This document shows, piece after piece, positions 39,101 to 48,344 of a DNA stretch of 53,506 bases. The DNA comes from Actinomycetota bacterium (GTDB taxonomy: Bacteria; Actinomycetota; UBA4738; HRBIN12). The position numbers and the translations under genes are program-made. Location: positions 1 through 53,506 of the forward strand of contig JBDTYT010000003.1 of NCBI GenBank assembly GCA_040005555.1, given 5' to 3'. How positions within the stretch are numbered: the stretch's first letter is position 1; each line of letters begins with the position of its first letter. The notes under the pieces were generated by a model. That model had not been told where the DNA came from. It was given only the letters and a program-made list of their open reading frames with translations, and did no database searches.

Positions 39101-40282
39101 ATGGATTCTCCCCAGAACTACCTTGCCGTCATCAAGGTGATCGGCATCGGCGGAGGCGGCGTGAACGCCGTGAACCGCATGATCGAAGGTGGTTTGCGCG
39201 GCGTCGAGTTCATCGCCGTGAACACGGACGCCCAGACCCTCCTCATGTCGGACGCTGAGGTGAAGCTCGACATCGGCCGCGAGACCACGCGGGGGCTCGG
39301 GGCAGGATCCGACCCTGACATCGGGCAGCGCGCGGCAGACGAGCATCGCGACGAGATCGAGGAGATCCTCAAAGGCGCCGACATGGTCTTCATCACGGCG
39401 GGTGAGGGTGGCGGCACCGGAACCGGCGGTGCACCGGTCATCGCCGAGATCGCCCGCGAGCTCGGAGCCCTCACGATCGGGGTCGTCACGCGTCCGTTCG
39501 GCTTCGAGGGGCGCCGGCGCGCCACCCAGGCCGACGTCGGGATCACGGACCTGAAGAAAGCGGTCGACACGCTGATCGTCGTCCCGAACGACCGCTTGCT
39601 GCAGGTCGCGGACCCCACCATGCCCATGCTCGACGCGTTCCGTATGGCGGACCAGGTCCTGTTCCAAGGGGTCGACGGCATCACTTCGCTCATCACGACC
39701 CCTGGGCTCATCAACCTCGACTTCGCCGACGTGAAGGCCGTGATGACGGGAGCGGGCTCTGCGCTCATGGGCATCGGTCACGGCTCGGGTGAGGACCGCG
39801 CCGAGGAGGCAGCGAAGTCCGCGATCTCCTCGCCGCTGCTCGAATCCTCGATCGAGGGTGCACGCGGCGTGCTGCTCTCGATCGCCGGCCCTACCGACCT
39901 CACGCTCCACGAGGTCAACAAGGCCGCCGACGCCATCACCAGGGTCGCCCACCCCGACGCGAACATCATCTTCGGTGCGGTCGTGGACGACGCTCTCGGG
40001 GAAGAGGTGCGTGTGACGGTCATCGCCGCGGGATTCGACAAGCTGCTCTCCTCGCCGCAGCACATCGAAAGCCGTCTGTCGCAACTGCTGGATGGCCCCT
40101 CGGACACCTACCGTGTTCCGGAGTCCGCCGTCGCAGGCGCCTCGATGATGGACGACGACGACCTTTCCCCGATGCCGTCCATCTTGGTCGAGGACGAGGA
40201 CGACATCTTCAAGCAGGCGCCTGAGACCGTGTCCTTCGACGCCGAAGAGGACCTGGACATCCCGGACTTCCTCAAGAGCTAG
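39101..40282 (+). CDS. ftsZ: Cell division GTPase FtsZ
   Basis: [29 protein letters not shown]-terminal LDIPDFLK; RBS GGAGG. Confidence 0.98.
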   Translation: MDSPQNYLAVIKVIGIGGGGVNAVNRMIEGGLRGVEFIAVNTDAQTLLMSDAEVKLDIGRETTRGLGAGSDPDIGQRAADEHRDEIEEILKGADMVFITAGEGGGTGTGGAPVIAEIARELGALTIGVVTRPFGFEGRRRATQADVGITDLKKAVDTLIVVPNDRLLQVADPTMPMLDAFRMADQVLFQGVDGITSLITTPGLINLDFADVKAVMTGAGSALMGIGHGSGEDRAEEAAKSAISSPLLESSIEGARGVLLSIAGPTDLTLHEVNKAADAITRVAHPDANIIFGAVVDDALGEEVRVTVIAAGFDKLLSSPQHIESRLSQLLDGPSDTYRVPESAVAGASMMDDDDLSPMPSILVEDEDDIFKQAPETVSFDAEEDLDIPDFLKS

Positions 40283-40465
40283 CGAGCAGGTTCGGATCGC
40301 CCTCGCGGGTGTGGGGGCGGGGAGACGAAACGAAGTTCGAGAGGCGCCCTTCCCCCGCCTCTGGACGATCTCCCCGCCCCCTCTTCATGTCCGGGCGGGA
40401 GACCCTCCGGGGCACGGTGTGAGCTCTGCCCATACGTGTCCTCTTCTGTTAGCTTGCGTCACCTC

Positions 40466-41164
40466 ATGTCGCTGCCCCGGAGCCGCGAAACGGTGCTGGC
40501 GAACCTCGAGGACGTCCGTTCGCGGATCGGCAGGGCTTGCACCAGAGCGAACCGTGACCGTGAGACCGTCCGATTGATCGCGGCGACGAAGACGGTCGAG
40601 ACCGAGGCCATCGGATGGGTACGTGATGCCGGAGTGACCGAGGTCGGAGAGAACTACGTGAAGGAGCTCCGCGGCAAGCGGGCGGCGCTCGAGGGGATCA
40701 TCTGGCATTTCGTCGGCACCCTGCAGACCCACACCGTTCATCTCGTCGCGGAGCACGCCGACGTGGTGCAGACCCTCGTGCCCGGCAAGGCCGTCGCGCG
40801 CCTCGCGCGGCGAGCCACGGAGCGAGGGGCCGTCTTGCCCGGGCTCATCGAGGTGGACTTCACCTCCCAGCGGACGGGGCTCGCCCCCGGGGACGTCAAG
40901 CGATTCGCCGATGAGGTCGCTGAGGTCGACGGGCTGGAGCTCAGCGGCCTGATGACGATCCCACCGCCGACGGCCTCGGCGGAGGGCGCGCGGCCGTGGT
41001 TCGCCCGCCTGCGAGCGCTCCGGGACCTGGTCGCGTCCGCGCATCCGAAGGCGACCGAATTGTCTATGGGAATGTCGCTCGACTACGAGGTTGCGGTGGA
41101 GGAAGGCGCTACGATGGTCCGGATCGGGACCGCGCTCTTCGGGGCGCGGCCCTCCTTGGCATAG
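40466..41164 (+). CDS. yggS: YggS/PLPBP-family PLP-binding protein (YlmE)
   Basis: LIAATKT, GENYV.E, WHFVG.LQ, GLMTIPP, LSMGMS.DYE.AVEEGATMVRIGTALFG. Confidence 0.93.
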   Translation: MSLPRSRETVLANLEDVRSRIGRACTRANRDRETVRLIAATKTVETEAIGWVRDAGVTEVGENYVKELRGKRAALEGIIWHFVGTLQTHTVHLVAEHADVVQTLVPGKAVARLARRATERGAVLPGLIEVDFTSQRTGLAPGDVKRFADEVAEVDGLELSGLMTIPPPTASAEGARPWFARLRALRDLVASAHPKATELSMGMSLDYEVAVEEGATMVRIGTALFGARPSLA

Positions 41165-41174
41165 GGGAGGAGCG

Positions 41175-41654
41175 ATGCCAGGCGTGTGGAAGAAGACGCT
41201 CACGTATCTCGGTCTCGTCGAGGACGACGAGTTCGAGGAACTCGACGAGGTCTCGGCGCGGCCGGATCAAGCGGAGGTCCGCCGGTTCCAGCGTCCTCAG
41301 CCCGTGCGCGAGGTCATGGTCGAGGCCGGTCACGAGGGCATCGTCCGGACGATCCCATCACCTCGGGCCTCGACGGCCTCCTCGATCCACAAGTCCGAGC
41401 CGCACCGCTTCAACGAGGCACGCGAGGTCGCCGACCGTTACAAGGACGGCATCCCGGTGATCATGAACCTGCAGAGCACCGACGATACGATCGCCCGCCG
41501 TCTGGTCGACTTCGCCTCGGGCCTGGTCTACGGGCTCGACGGCAAGATCGAGATGGTCGCCAACCGCGTGTACCTGCTCACGCCGGCGAACATCGAGGTC
41601 TCGGCGGAGGACCGCGAACGGATCGCCGGCGCGGGCTTCTACAACCAGTTCTGA
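41175..41654 (+). CDS. sepF: Cell division protein SepF
   Basis: N-terminal amphipathic YLGLVED; PVIMNL, RRLVDFASGL, YLLTP.N, FYNQ. Confidence 0.95.
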   Translation: MPGVWKKTLTYLGLVEDDEFEELDEVSARPDQAEVRRFQRPQPVREVMVEAGHEGIVRTIPSPRASTASSIHKSEPHRFNEAREVADRYKDGIPVIMNLQSTDDTIARRLVDFASGLVYGLDGKIEMVANRVYLLTPANIEVSAEDRERIAGAGFYNQF

Positions 41655-41682
41655 TCGGACGCTCTCCCATCCCGCCGCGTCG

Positions 41683-41976
41683 ATGATCGGGCAGAACGGG
41701 TTCTTCTCGGATCTGCTCTGCATCGTCCTCACGACCTACTGGATCATCCTGTTCATCCGGGTGCTGCTCTCGTGGGCGACGATGTTCGGCTTTCGGCCTC
41801 CACTGTCGGGACCGTTCCGGACGGTCATGGACCTCCTCGAGGATGTGACCGAGCCCATCCTGCGCCCACTTCGGAATATGATTCCGCCGTTGCGAGCGGG
41901 CGGGATCGGGCTCGACCTCTCGATCATCGTCGCGTTCGTTATCCTTGCGGTCCTCCGATCGGCGTTGAACTGCTGA
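41683..41976 (+). CDS. YggT/YlmG-family membrane protein
   Basis: RVLLSW, VTEPILRPLR.MIPP, LDLS. Confidence 0.92.
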   Translation: MIGQNGFFSDLLCIVLTTYWIILFIRVLLSWATMFGFRPPLSGPFRTVMDLLEDVTEPILRPLRNMIPPLRAGGIGLDLSIIVAFVILAVLRSALNC

Positions 41977-41993
41977 GGTAGGGAGAGCGACAG

Positions 41994-42677
41994 ATGCGCA
42001 GGAAGAAAGAAGACAGCGAGCAGGCGCGCTCCGGCGGGGATGCGCGCCTGAGCCCGGCTGAGATCCAGCAGGTCGAGTTCCGCCTGGCGTTCCGCGGCTA
42101 CAACGAGCGAGACGTGGATGCCTTCCTCGATCGCATCACCGAGGATATCTCGACCTACATCGAGGAGATCCAACGGCTCCGCTCTGGGACCGGGGCCCCC
42201 TCGCCCGACGCCATCACATCTGGGAACGGTTCGGAGACGGCGGCCCGCGAGGCCGAGGAGATCGTCGCGCGTGCGAAGGAGCGAGCGGCTGAGATCGTTC
42301 GCGCCGCCGAGAAGACGGCGGCTTCGGCCCCTGCGGGCGGATCGGCCTCGACCACAACAGGGGCGGACCCCCGCGGCGCGATCGCGCCGTTTCTGAACCG
42401 CGAACGGGATTTCCTGCAGAGCCTGGGCGGCCTCGTACAAGGCCACGCGGAGGAGATCAAGCAGATGGTGCTGTCCCTGCGCGCGAGGTCCGAACCCGAA
42501 CCTGAGCGCGCTCGCAGCGAGCCTGTTGCTGCCCAACCTCCGCCCGTATCGAGAGCCGAGCCCGTCGTCCTTCCCGAAGCGGCCGAGACGGCACGAGCCG
42601 GCGAACCGGAGCCGGTGCCGGCCGAGCACCCCTCGGGCGAGCGTTCGCTCAAAGACCTCTTCTGGGGAGAGGACTGA
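41994..42677 (+). CDS. divIVA: DivIVA-domain protein
   Basis: LSPAEIQQVEF..AFRGYNERDVDAFLD followed by a coiled coil. Confidence 0.88.
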   Translation: MRRKKEDSEQARSGGDARLSPAEIQQVEFRLAFRGYNERDVDAFLDRITEDISTYIEEIQRLRSGTGAPSPDAITSGNGSETAAREAEEIVARAKERAAEIVRAAEKTAASAPAGGSASTTTGADPRGAIAPFLNRERDFLQSLGGLVQGHAEEIKQMVLSLRARSEPEPERARSEPVAAQPPPVSRAEPVVLPEAAETARAGEPEPVPAEHPSGERSLKDLFWGED

Positions 42678-42684
42678 TCCGGTC

Positions 42685-42891
42685 GTGGGCGCGGACCGAG
42701 GGTCCGCGCTGGTCTACGGCTCGGCGTTCGTGCTCGTCGTCGCGGCCGCCGCGACGCTGCTGATCGGGCTCGTCAAGGGGGACGCCCGCCCCGTGGCCGC
42801 GTCCCTCGTCGCGGCCGGCGGCGCGGTCTTGCTGCTGGGGATGGCCGTGATGCGCTCCTCAGGCGCGGCGAAGAGCCACCGTCAACCCTGA
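42685..42891 (+). CDS. Putative 68-aa two-TM protein
   Basis: GTG 7 nt after the divIVA stop, GGAGAGGA upstream; two hydrophobic segments; 3' end overlaps ileS convergently by 33 nt. Confidence 0.55.
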   Translation: MGADRGSALVYGSAFVLVVAAAATLLIGLVKGDARPVAASLVAAGGAVLLLGMAVMRSSGAAKSHRQP

Positions 42892-45800
42892 GCCGTCGAT
42901 CTCGGTCTCGTGCCGGAGCGTCGCCTCCGCGAGGTCTGCGTGGTGCAGCTCGGTCGCGAGCGTCTCGGCCGCGATGTCGTCGGCGTGAACCCGGAGGGCC
43001 TCCGCCAGCTCCCCGTCCGCCTGGAGCCCGAGGACGATCCGGTCGCTCACGTCTAGACCGGCTGTCTTTCGGGCCTCTTGGACCAGCCGGACGGCCTCGC
43101 GTGCCAACCCCTCGCGCCGCAGTTCGGGCGTCAGCTCGAGCTCGAGCGCGACCGTGAGGCTCCCGTCACCGGCCACTCCCCAGCCCTCGACGGTGTCCTG
43201 CACGAGGTCCACGTCCGCGGGCTCCAGGGCCATCTCACCCTCCGGCAGAGCGAGCGAGATCGCCTCGCCGTGCGCGAGCCGCGAGGCGATCGATCCGTCG
43301 TCGTCTGCGAGCGCGGCGGCGACGTCCTTCACCCGGCCACCCAGCCGGGGACCGAGCGTCTTGAAGTTGGGCTTCGCCCGCCAGCGTCCGAACCGCTCCG
43401 CGGACTCGGCGAACTCGACCCGCTTCACGTTCAGCTCGGCCGCCACGAGCCCCAGGAGCGGCAGGAGCGCCTCGTGGTCGCCGGGATAGTGGACGATCGC
43501 CTCCAGGAGCGGTTGGCGGATGCGCACCTTCGTTTCGGTCCGGATCGTGCGGCCGAGCGAGACGATCTGCCGCACGCCATGCATCGCCGCGTCGAGCGCG
43601 GGATCCACGAGCGCCTCGTCGGCGAGGGGATAGTCCGACAGGTGCACCGACGGTGGCGACCCGGCTCGGCCGGCCGACAGGTTGCGCCAGAGCTCCTCCG
43701 TGATGAAGGGCGTGAACGGCGCAAGCAAGCGCGCGAGCGTGACGAGGCACTCGTGCAGCGTGAGGAACGCCGCTCGCGTGTCGGGGCCCCCGGACCCGTC
43801 GGGATCCCAGAACCGGCGGCGCGAACGCCGCACGTACCAGTTCGAGAGGTCGTCGACGAAGCCCGCGATCCGCCGGCCCGCGCCCGTGGCGTCGTACGCA
43901 TCGAGCCCGTCGCGAGCCTCCCGCGCCGTGCGGGCGAGCTGGGAGGAGATCCATCGGTCGAGGACCGGTCGATCGGCGACGGGCATCTCCGGGCCCTCGG
44001 CGGGGTCGAAACCGCTCGCGTTCGCGTACGTGACGAAGAACACGTACACGTTCCAAAGCGTCAACAGGAACTGCCGGACGACCTCATCGAGGATCTCCAT
44101 GCCGATGCGCCTCGGGGCCCACGGTGAGCCGCTCGTGAGCATGAACCAGCGCAAGGCGTCGGCGCCTTGGCGATCGAGGACCCGCCACGGATCGATCGTG
44201 TTGCCGATCGATTTGCTCATCTTGCGGCCGTCCTCATCGACGAGATGGCCGAGACACACGCAATTGCGGTACGTGATCGAGTCGAAGTGCAGCACGCCCT
44301 CGGCCATGAGCGTGTAGAACCAGCCGCGCGTCTGATCGATCGCCTCGCTGATGAAGTCGGCCGGGAAGCGCTGCTCGAACACCTCGATGCCGCGACCGAG
44401 GTCCGGGTGGTAGCCCCACTGGGCGAAGGGCATCGCGCCGGAGTCGTACCAGGTGTCGATCACCTCGGGGAGGCGGGTCGCCGGGTCGCCGCACTCGGGG
44501 CACGCGAACGTGACCTCGTCGATCGCCGGCCGGTGAGGGTCGATCGCGGTCACGTCGTGCCCCGCACGCTCGGACAGCTCGGAGAGGGAACCGATCACGG
44601 TCTCGTGGCGGTCCGGGCACCTCCAGATCGGGAGCGGGGTGCCCCAGTACCGTTCGCGGGACAGCGCCCAGTCCACGTTGTTCTCGAGCCAGTCACCGTA
44701 GCGACCGTGCTGGATGTGCTCGGGGTACCAGTGCACCTCCTCGTTCACCGCGAGGAGCCGATCCTTGAGGGCGGTGGTGCGGAGGTACCACGACGGGCGC
44801 GCGATGTAGATGAGCGGCGTGCCGCACCGATGGCAGAACGGGTACGTGTGCTCCACGGTCTCGGCGCGGAACACGAGTCCGCGGGCCGCGAGATCCTTGA
44901 GGATCGGCGGATCGGCGTCCTTGAAGAACAGGCCGCGGACGAACGCCGGTGCCTCATCGGTGAAGCGCCCTTCGCCGTCGATGGGCTTGAAGGTCGGCCA
45001 GCCCTCGCGCCGGCCGACCTCGAGATCCTCGGGGCCGAACGCCGGTGCCATGTGGACGATCCCGGTGCCGTCCTCCAGTGACACGAACTCCGCTGCCACC
45101 ACGGAGTGAGCGCCTTCGACGTTCGGATACAGGGTTCGGTAACGGGTTCCGATCAAGGTCGACCCCTTCGCCCGCCAGCTCGGCGGTGGCGAGTCGGGAA
45201 GCACGGCATCCTTCAACTGACTCGCGAGCACGTAGCGCTCGCCGTCCAGCGCGACCATGACGTAGTCCGCCTCGGCGGAGACGGCGAGTCCCTCGTTCGA
45301 GACGAGCGTCCACGGCGTCGTCGTCCAACCGAGGAGGTGGGCGCCGAGGAGCTCGTTCATGTGCGACTCGGTGACGGTGAACTTGACGAAGACGCTCGGG
45401 TCCTCGACGTCGGCGTAGCCCATCGCCACCTCGGCGTCGGACAGGGGTGTCCCGCATCGCGAGCAGTACGTCGTCACGCGATCCGACTCGAAAAGCAACC
45501 CGCGGGAGTGGAGCTGCTTGAGCGACCACCAGACGCTCTCGATGTACTCGGTGTTCATGGTCCAGTACGCGTCCGGCGTGTCGATCCAGAACCCGAGCCG
45601 CTCGGTGAGCCGCTCCCAGTCGTCCACGTACCGGGTGACCGACTCGCGGCAGAGGCGATTGAACTCGGCGATCCCGAACGCCTCGATGTCGCGCTTGGAG
45701 CGGGTGGCGATCTCCTTCTCGACCTCGAGCTCGACCGGCAGGCCGTGGCAGTCCCAGCCGGCCTTGCGGGGGACGGAGTGTCCCGTCATCGTCTTGAAGC

Positions 45801-46014
45801 GCGGGTAGATGTCTTTGAACGTGCGCGACTCCGTATGGTGGATGCCGGGGCGCCCGTTCGCCGTCGGAGGACCCTCGTAGAAGATCCATTCCGGGGCCCC
45901 TTGGCGACGGCGAAGGCTCTCGTGGAAGACATCCGCCTCGCGCCAGAACCGCAGGATGCGCCGCTCGAGCTCGGGGAAGCTCACCTTGGCCTCGACCGCC
46001 TCGAACCCGCCCAT
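42859..46014 (-). CDS. ileS: Isoleucyl-tRNA synthetase, type 2
   Basis: EGPPTANG.PGIHH, GWDCHGLPVE, WTTTPWTL, GTGIVH, DQTRGWF, KMSKS, IleRS2-type C-terminus (IRQPL, REG.ARE); RBS AAGGAGG; Ile T-box upstream. Confidence 0.96.
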   Translation of the reverse strand: MGGFEAVEAKVSFPELERRILRFWREADVFHESLRRRQGAPEWIFYEGPPTANGRPGIHHTESRTFKDIYPRFKTMTGHSVPRKAGWDCHGLPVELEVEKEIATRSKRDIEAFGIAEFNRLCRESVTRYVDDWERLTERLGFWIDTPDAYWTMNTEYIESVWWSLKQLHSRGLLFESDRVTTYCSRCGTPLSDAEVAMGYADVEDPSVFVKFTVTESHMNELLGAHLLGWTTTPWTLVSNEGLAVSAEADYVMVALDGERYVLASQLKDAVLPDSPPPSWRAKGSTLIGTRYRTLYPNVEGAHSVVAAEFVSLEDGTGIVHMAPAFGPEDLEVGRREGWPTFKPIDGEGRFTDEAPAFVRGLFFKDADPPILKDLAARGLVFRAETVEHTYPFCHRCGTPLIYIARPSWYLRTTALKDRLLAVNEEVHWYPEHIQHGRYGDWLENNVDWALSRERYWGTPLPIWRCPDRHETVIGSLSELSERAGHDVTAIDPHRPAIDEVTFACPECGDPATRLPEVIDTWYDSGAMPFAQWGYHPDLGRGIEVFEQRFPADFISEAIDQTRGWFYTLMAEGVLHFDSITYRNCVCLGHLVDEDGRKMSKSIGNTIDPWRVLDRQGADALRWFMLTSGSPWAPRRIGMEILDEVVRQFLLTLWNVYVFFVTYANASGFDPAEGPEMPVADRPVLDRWISSQLARTAREARDGLDAYDATGAGRRIAGFVDDLSNWYVRRSRRRFWDPDGSGGPDTRAAFLTLHECLVTLARLLAPFTPFITEELWRNLSAGRAGSPPSVHLSDYPLADEALVDPALDAAMHGVRQIVSLGRTIRTETKVRIRQPLLEAIVHYPGDHEALLPLLGLVAAELNVKRVEFAESAERFGRWRAKPNFKTLGPRLGGRVKDVAAALADDDGSIASRLAHGEAISLALPEGEMALEPADVDLVQDTVEGWGVAGDGSLTVALELELTPELRREGLAREAVRLVQEARKTAGLDVSDRIVLGLQADGELAEALRVHADDIAAETLATELHHADLAEATLRHETEIDGSGLTVALRRA

Positions 46015-46039
46015 TCCTACCTCCTTCGCGCGAACACGC

Positions 46040-46316
46040 GAAACGCCTCGCCCCTTCGGTGCAGGGACGAGGCGCATGCCCCGCGGTACCACCCCGCGTT
46101 GCCGGACGCTTCACGGCATCCAGCCGCTCTTCGGCCGCCATCACGGCCGTCCGCTGTCACGGGCGGACCCGTCCGCGTCTACTGGGGGCGCGTGGCTCGC
46201 GCCCGGTTCGGGCGGCGGCTCAGGGAGGATGTTGGCGGGGGGCTCGCCGCCGGGCTCGCACCGTCTCCGGCTCGCTTGGGCTCGGGATCCCCGCTACGCG
46301 TTCCCGTCATCGCCTG
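46040..46316 (-). ncRNA. T-box riboswitch, Ile (AUC) specifier
   Basis: On the - strand: -10 TAGCAT (46325-46330); stem I with AGCGAG and GGTGCGA motifs; specifier ATC at 46228-46230; CAGTAG S-turn; CCGTGACAGCGG; T-box GGGTGGTACCGCG (about 46082-46094); antiterminator partner CGTCCC; hairpin 46044-46074. Confidence 0.92.
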
Positions 46317-46510
46317 TCTCGGTCATGCTACACGCCGAGATCGGCTCGGTCACGTGCCCTTCTCGAGCATCCGGTTGGGCGCGGCCCGAGCTCGCGGACG
46401 AGGGGGTTCGAGGTCGAGAAGACGTCCTCGAACGACCTCGCGATGCGCCTGCGCGCAACCTGCGAGCAACGTTTGTCGGGCTTGGTCGAGGGTGCTACCG
46501 TCCCTCGGCC

Positions 46511-46900
46511 ATGGCCACCAAGACCGTGTACACGAAGAAAGAGCTCGAGGACCTGAAAGAGCGTCTCATCGCGGAGAAGTCGGAGCTGGAGACCCAGCTC
46601 ACGACCATCGAGGAGACGTCCTTCGCGACCTCGCAGTCCGATCTGTCCGGCGAGGTGTCCTTCGACGAGGAGAACGCGGACGCCGGCAGCTTCACGTTCG
46701 AGCGCGAACGCGATCTGTCCATCGAGAACAACGTGCGCGACCTGCTCGGGAAGATCGACCGGGCTCTCGCGCGCATGGCGGACGGCACGTACGGCATCTG
46801 TACGCGGTGCGGCAAGCCGATCGAGAAGGCGCGCGTGAAGGCGCTCCCGTACGTCGACCTCTGCATCAAGGACGCCCAGGCGCAGACCCGGCCCCGGTAG
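46511..46900 (+). CDS. TraR/DksA C4 zinc-finger protein
   Basis: ADAGSFTFERE, ALARM..GTYGIC..CG.PI...R..ALPY..LCI. Confidence 0.92.
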   Translation: MATKTVYTKKELEDLKERLIAEKSELETQLTTIEETSFATSQSDLSGEVSFDEENADAGSFTFERERDLSIENNVRDLLGKIDRALARMADGTYGICTRCGKPIEKARVKALPYVDLCIKDAQAQTRPR

Positions 46901-46909
46901 GCAGCGGCC

Positions 46910-47404
46910 GTGGCGCGTGCCGTCGCCCGCCTCGCGACGCTCCTGTACGCCGTCGCAGCCTCTGCCTACCTGCTCGACCGGATCACGAAGCTCCTCGTCG
47001 AGGACCGGCTCGCGGGGCACCCGCCCGTGCAGGTTATCCCGGGGGTGCTCGACCTGAACTACACCACGAACTCCGGTGGGGCATTCGGGCTCGGTCGCAG
47101 CGCCCCGCTCGTCTTCGCTGCGGCGACCGTGCTGGTCGCGATCGCCATCGGCATCGCCTCTCTGAGGCTCTCACGTCGCTCGGCGGCCATCGCGCTCGGC
47201 CTGGTCCTCGGGGGAGCGCTCGGCAACCTCACCGATCGCTTCGTGCACGGACCGGGCTTCTCAGGCAGCGTGACGGACTTCATCGACTTCCAGATCTGGC
47301 CGGTGTTCAACGTTGCCGATAGCGCGATCGTGATCGGCGCGATCATCCTGGCGTTCACGGGATGGCGTCGTGACGATCGGACCGAGGCCGAGAGGGGCGC
47401 CTGA
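46910..47404 (+). CDS. lspA: Lipoprotein signal peptidase II
   Basis: D.ITK, N.GGAFG, GGALGNL.DR, V.DFID, FNVADS. Confidence 0.96.
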   Translation: MARAVARLATLLYAVAASAYLLDRITKLLVEDRLAGHPPVQVIPGVLDLNYTTNSGGAFGLGRSAPLVFAAATVLVAIAIGIASLRLSRRSAAIALGLVLGGALGNLTDRFVHGPGFSGSVTDFIDFQIWPVFNVADSAIVIGAIILAFTGWRRDDRTEAERGA

Positions 47405-47405
47405 G

Positions 47406-48305
47406 ATGCCCGAGACGTTCGAGGGCGCTCCCGGCCGGCTCGACGCGGTCCTCGCTGATCGATTGCGGATCCGCCGTGCCGAAGCCCAGCGGGCGATCGA
47501 GCAGGGGGATGTCCAGGTCGACGGGAGGCACAGAGACAAGTCGTTCCGGCTGACCGGCGGCGAGCGGATCGAGGTGGATCTGGCTCCGGCGCGTTCCATC
47601 CCGCCGGAGGGACCCCCGGTCGAGGTGCGCTTCAGCGACGAGCACCTGCTCGTGGTCGTGAAACCCGCCGGTCTGCCCACTCATCCCACGCAGAACCGGC
47701 GCAGCGGCACGCTCGTGAATCGTCTGCTCGGGATGGGCGTCCCGCTGTCGGGGCAGGCGGGACCGCTGCGGCCCGGCATCGTCCACCGGCTCGACGCCGG
47801 CACGTCCGGTCTCATGGTCGTCGCCAGCGACGAGTCCACCCATACAGCGCTGTCTGCGATGTTGCGCCGGCACGAGATCGATCGTCGGTACCTCGCGCTG
47901 GTGCGAGGTGCGGTGGCGGACGACCGGTTCATCATCGACGCCCCCCTCGGCCGGCGGGGCGCGCGGGTGCGCGTGCAGGCGGTCGCCGGTCGGACCGCCG
48001 CGACCGCGATCGAGGTCCGCGAGCGTTTCCGATCCGCGACGCTGGTCGAGGCCGCCCCCCGGACGGGCCGAACCCACCAGATCCGTGTGCACCTGGCGGC
48101 CGTGGGGCACCCGATCCTGGGCGACGGGCGGTACGGCGGGGGAGGAGACGACGCGAGGCGGCTGGGGCTTACGCGCCCGTTCTTGCATTCGTGGCGCATC
48201 GGGTTCGACCACCCGGTGACGGCCGCCCGCATCGAACTCGAGGAACCGCTGCCCCCCGACCTCGAGCACGCGCTCGCGCGACTGCGGGATCTGGACGCGC
48301 CCTGA
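47406..48305 (+). CDS. rluD: RluA/RluD-family pseudouridine synthase
   Basis: S4-like RLD; KPAGL..HP, RPGIVHRLDAGTSG, TGRTHQIRVH, GHPILGD..YG. Confidence 0.92.
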   Translation: MPETFEGAPGRLDAVLADRLRIRRAEAQRAIEQGDVQVDGRHRDKSFRLTGGERIEVDLAPARSIPPEGPPVEVRFSDEHLLVVVKPAGLPTHPTQNRRSGTLVNRLLGMGVPLSGQAGPLRPGIVHRLDAGTSGLMVVASDESTHTALSAMLRRHEIDRRYLALVRGAVADDRFIIDAPLGRRGARVRVQAVAGRTAATAIEVRERFRSATLVEAAPRTGRTHQIRVHLAAVGHPILGDGRYGGGGDDARRLGLTRPFLHSWRIGFDHPVTAARIELEEPLPPDLEHALARLRDLDAP

Positions 48306-48344
48306 CGCGACGTCGGGCCGGGAGAGAGGACCGGCCCGACGAGA

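Noticed and set aside
46331-46510. Hairpins between the T-box promoter and the dksA-like gene as an ncRNA
   Set aside because: Only 7-8 bp GC-rich stems built from the genome's abundant TCGA words; no recognisable motif
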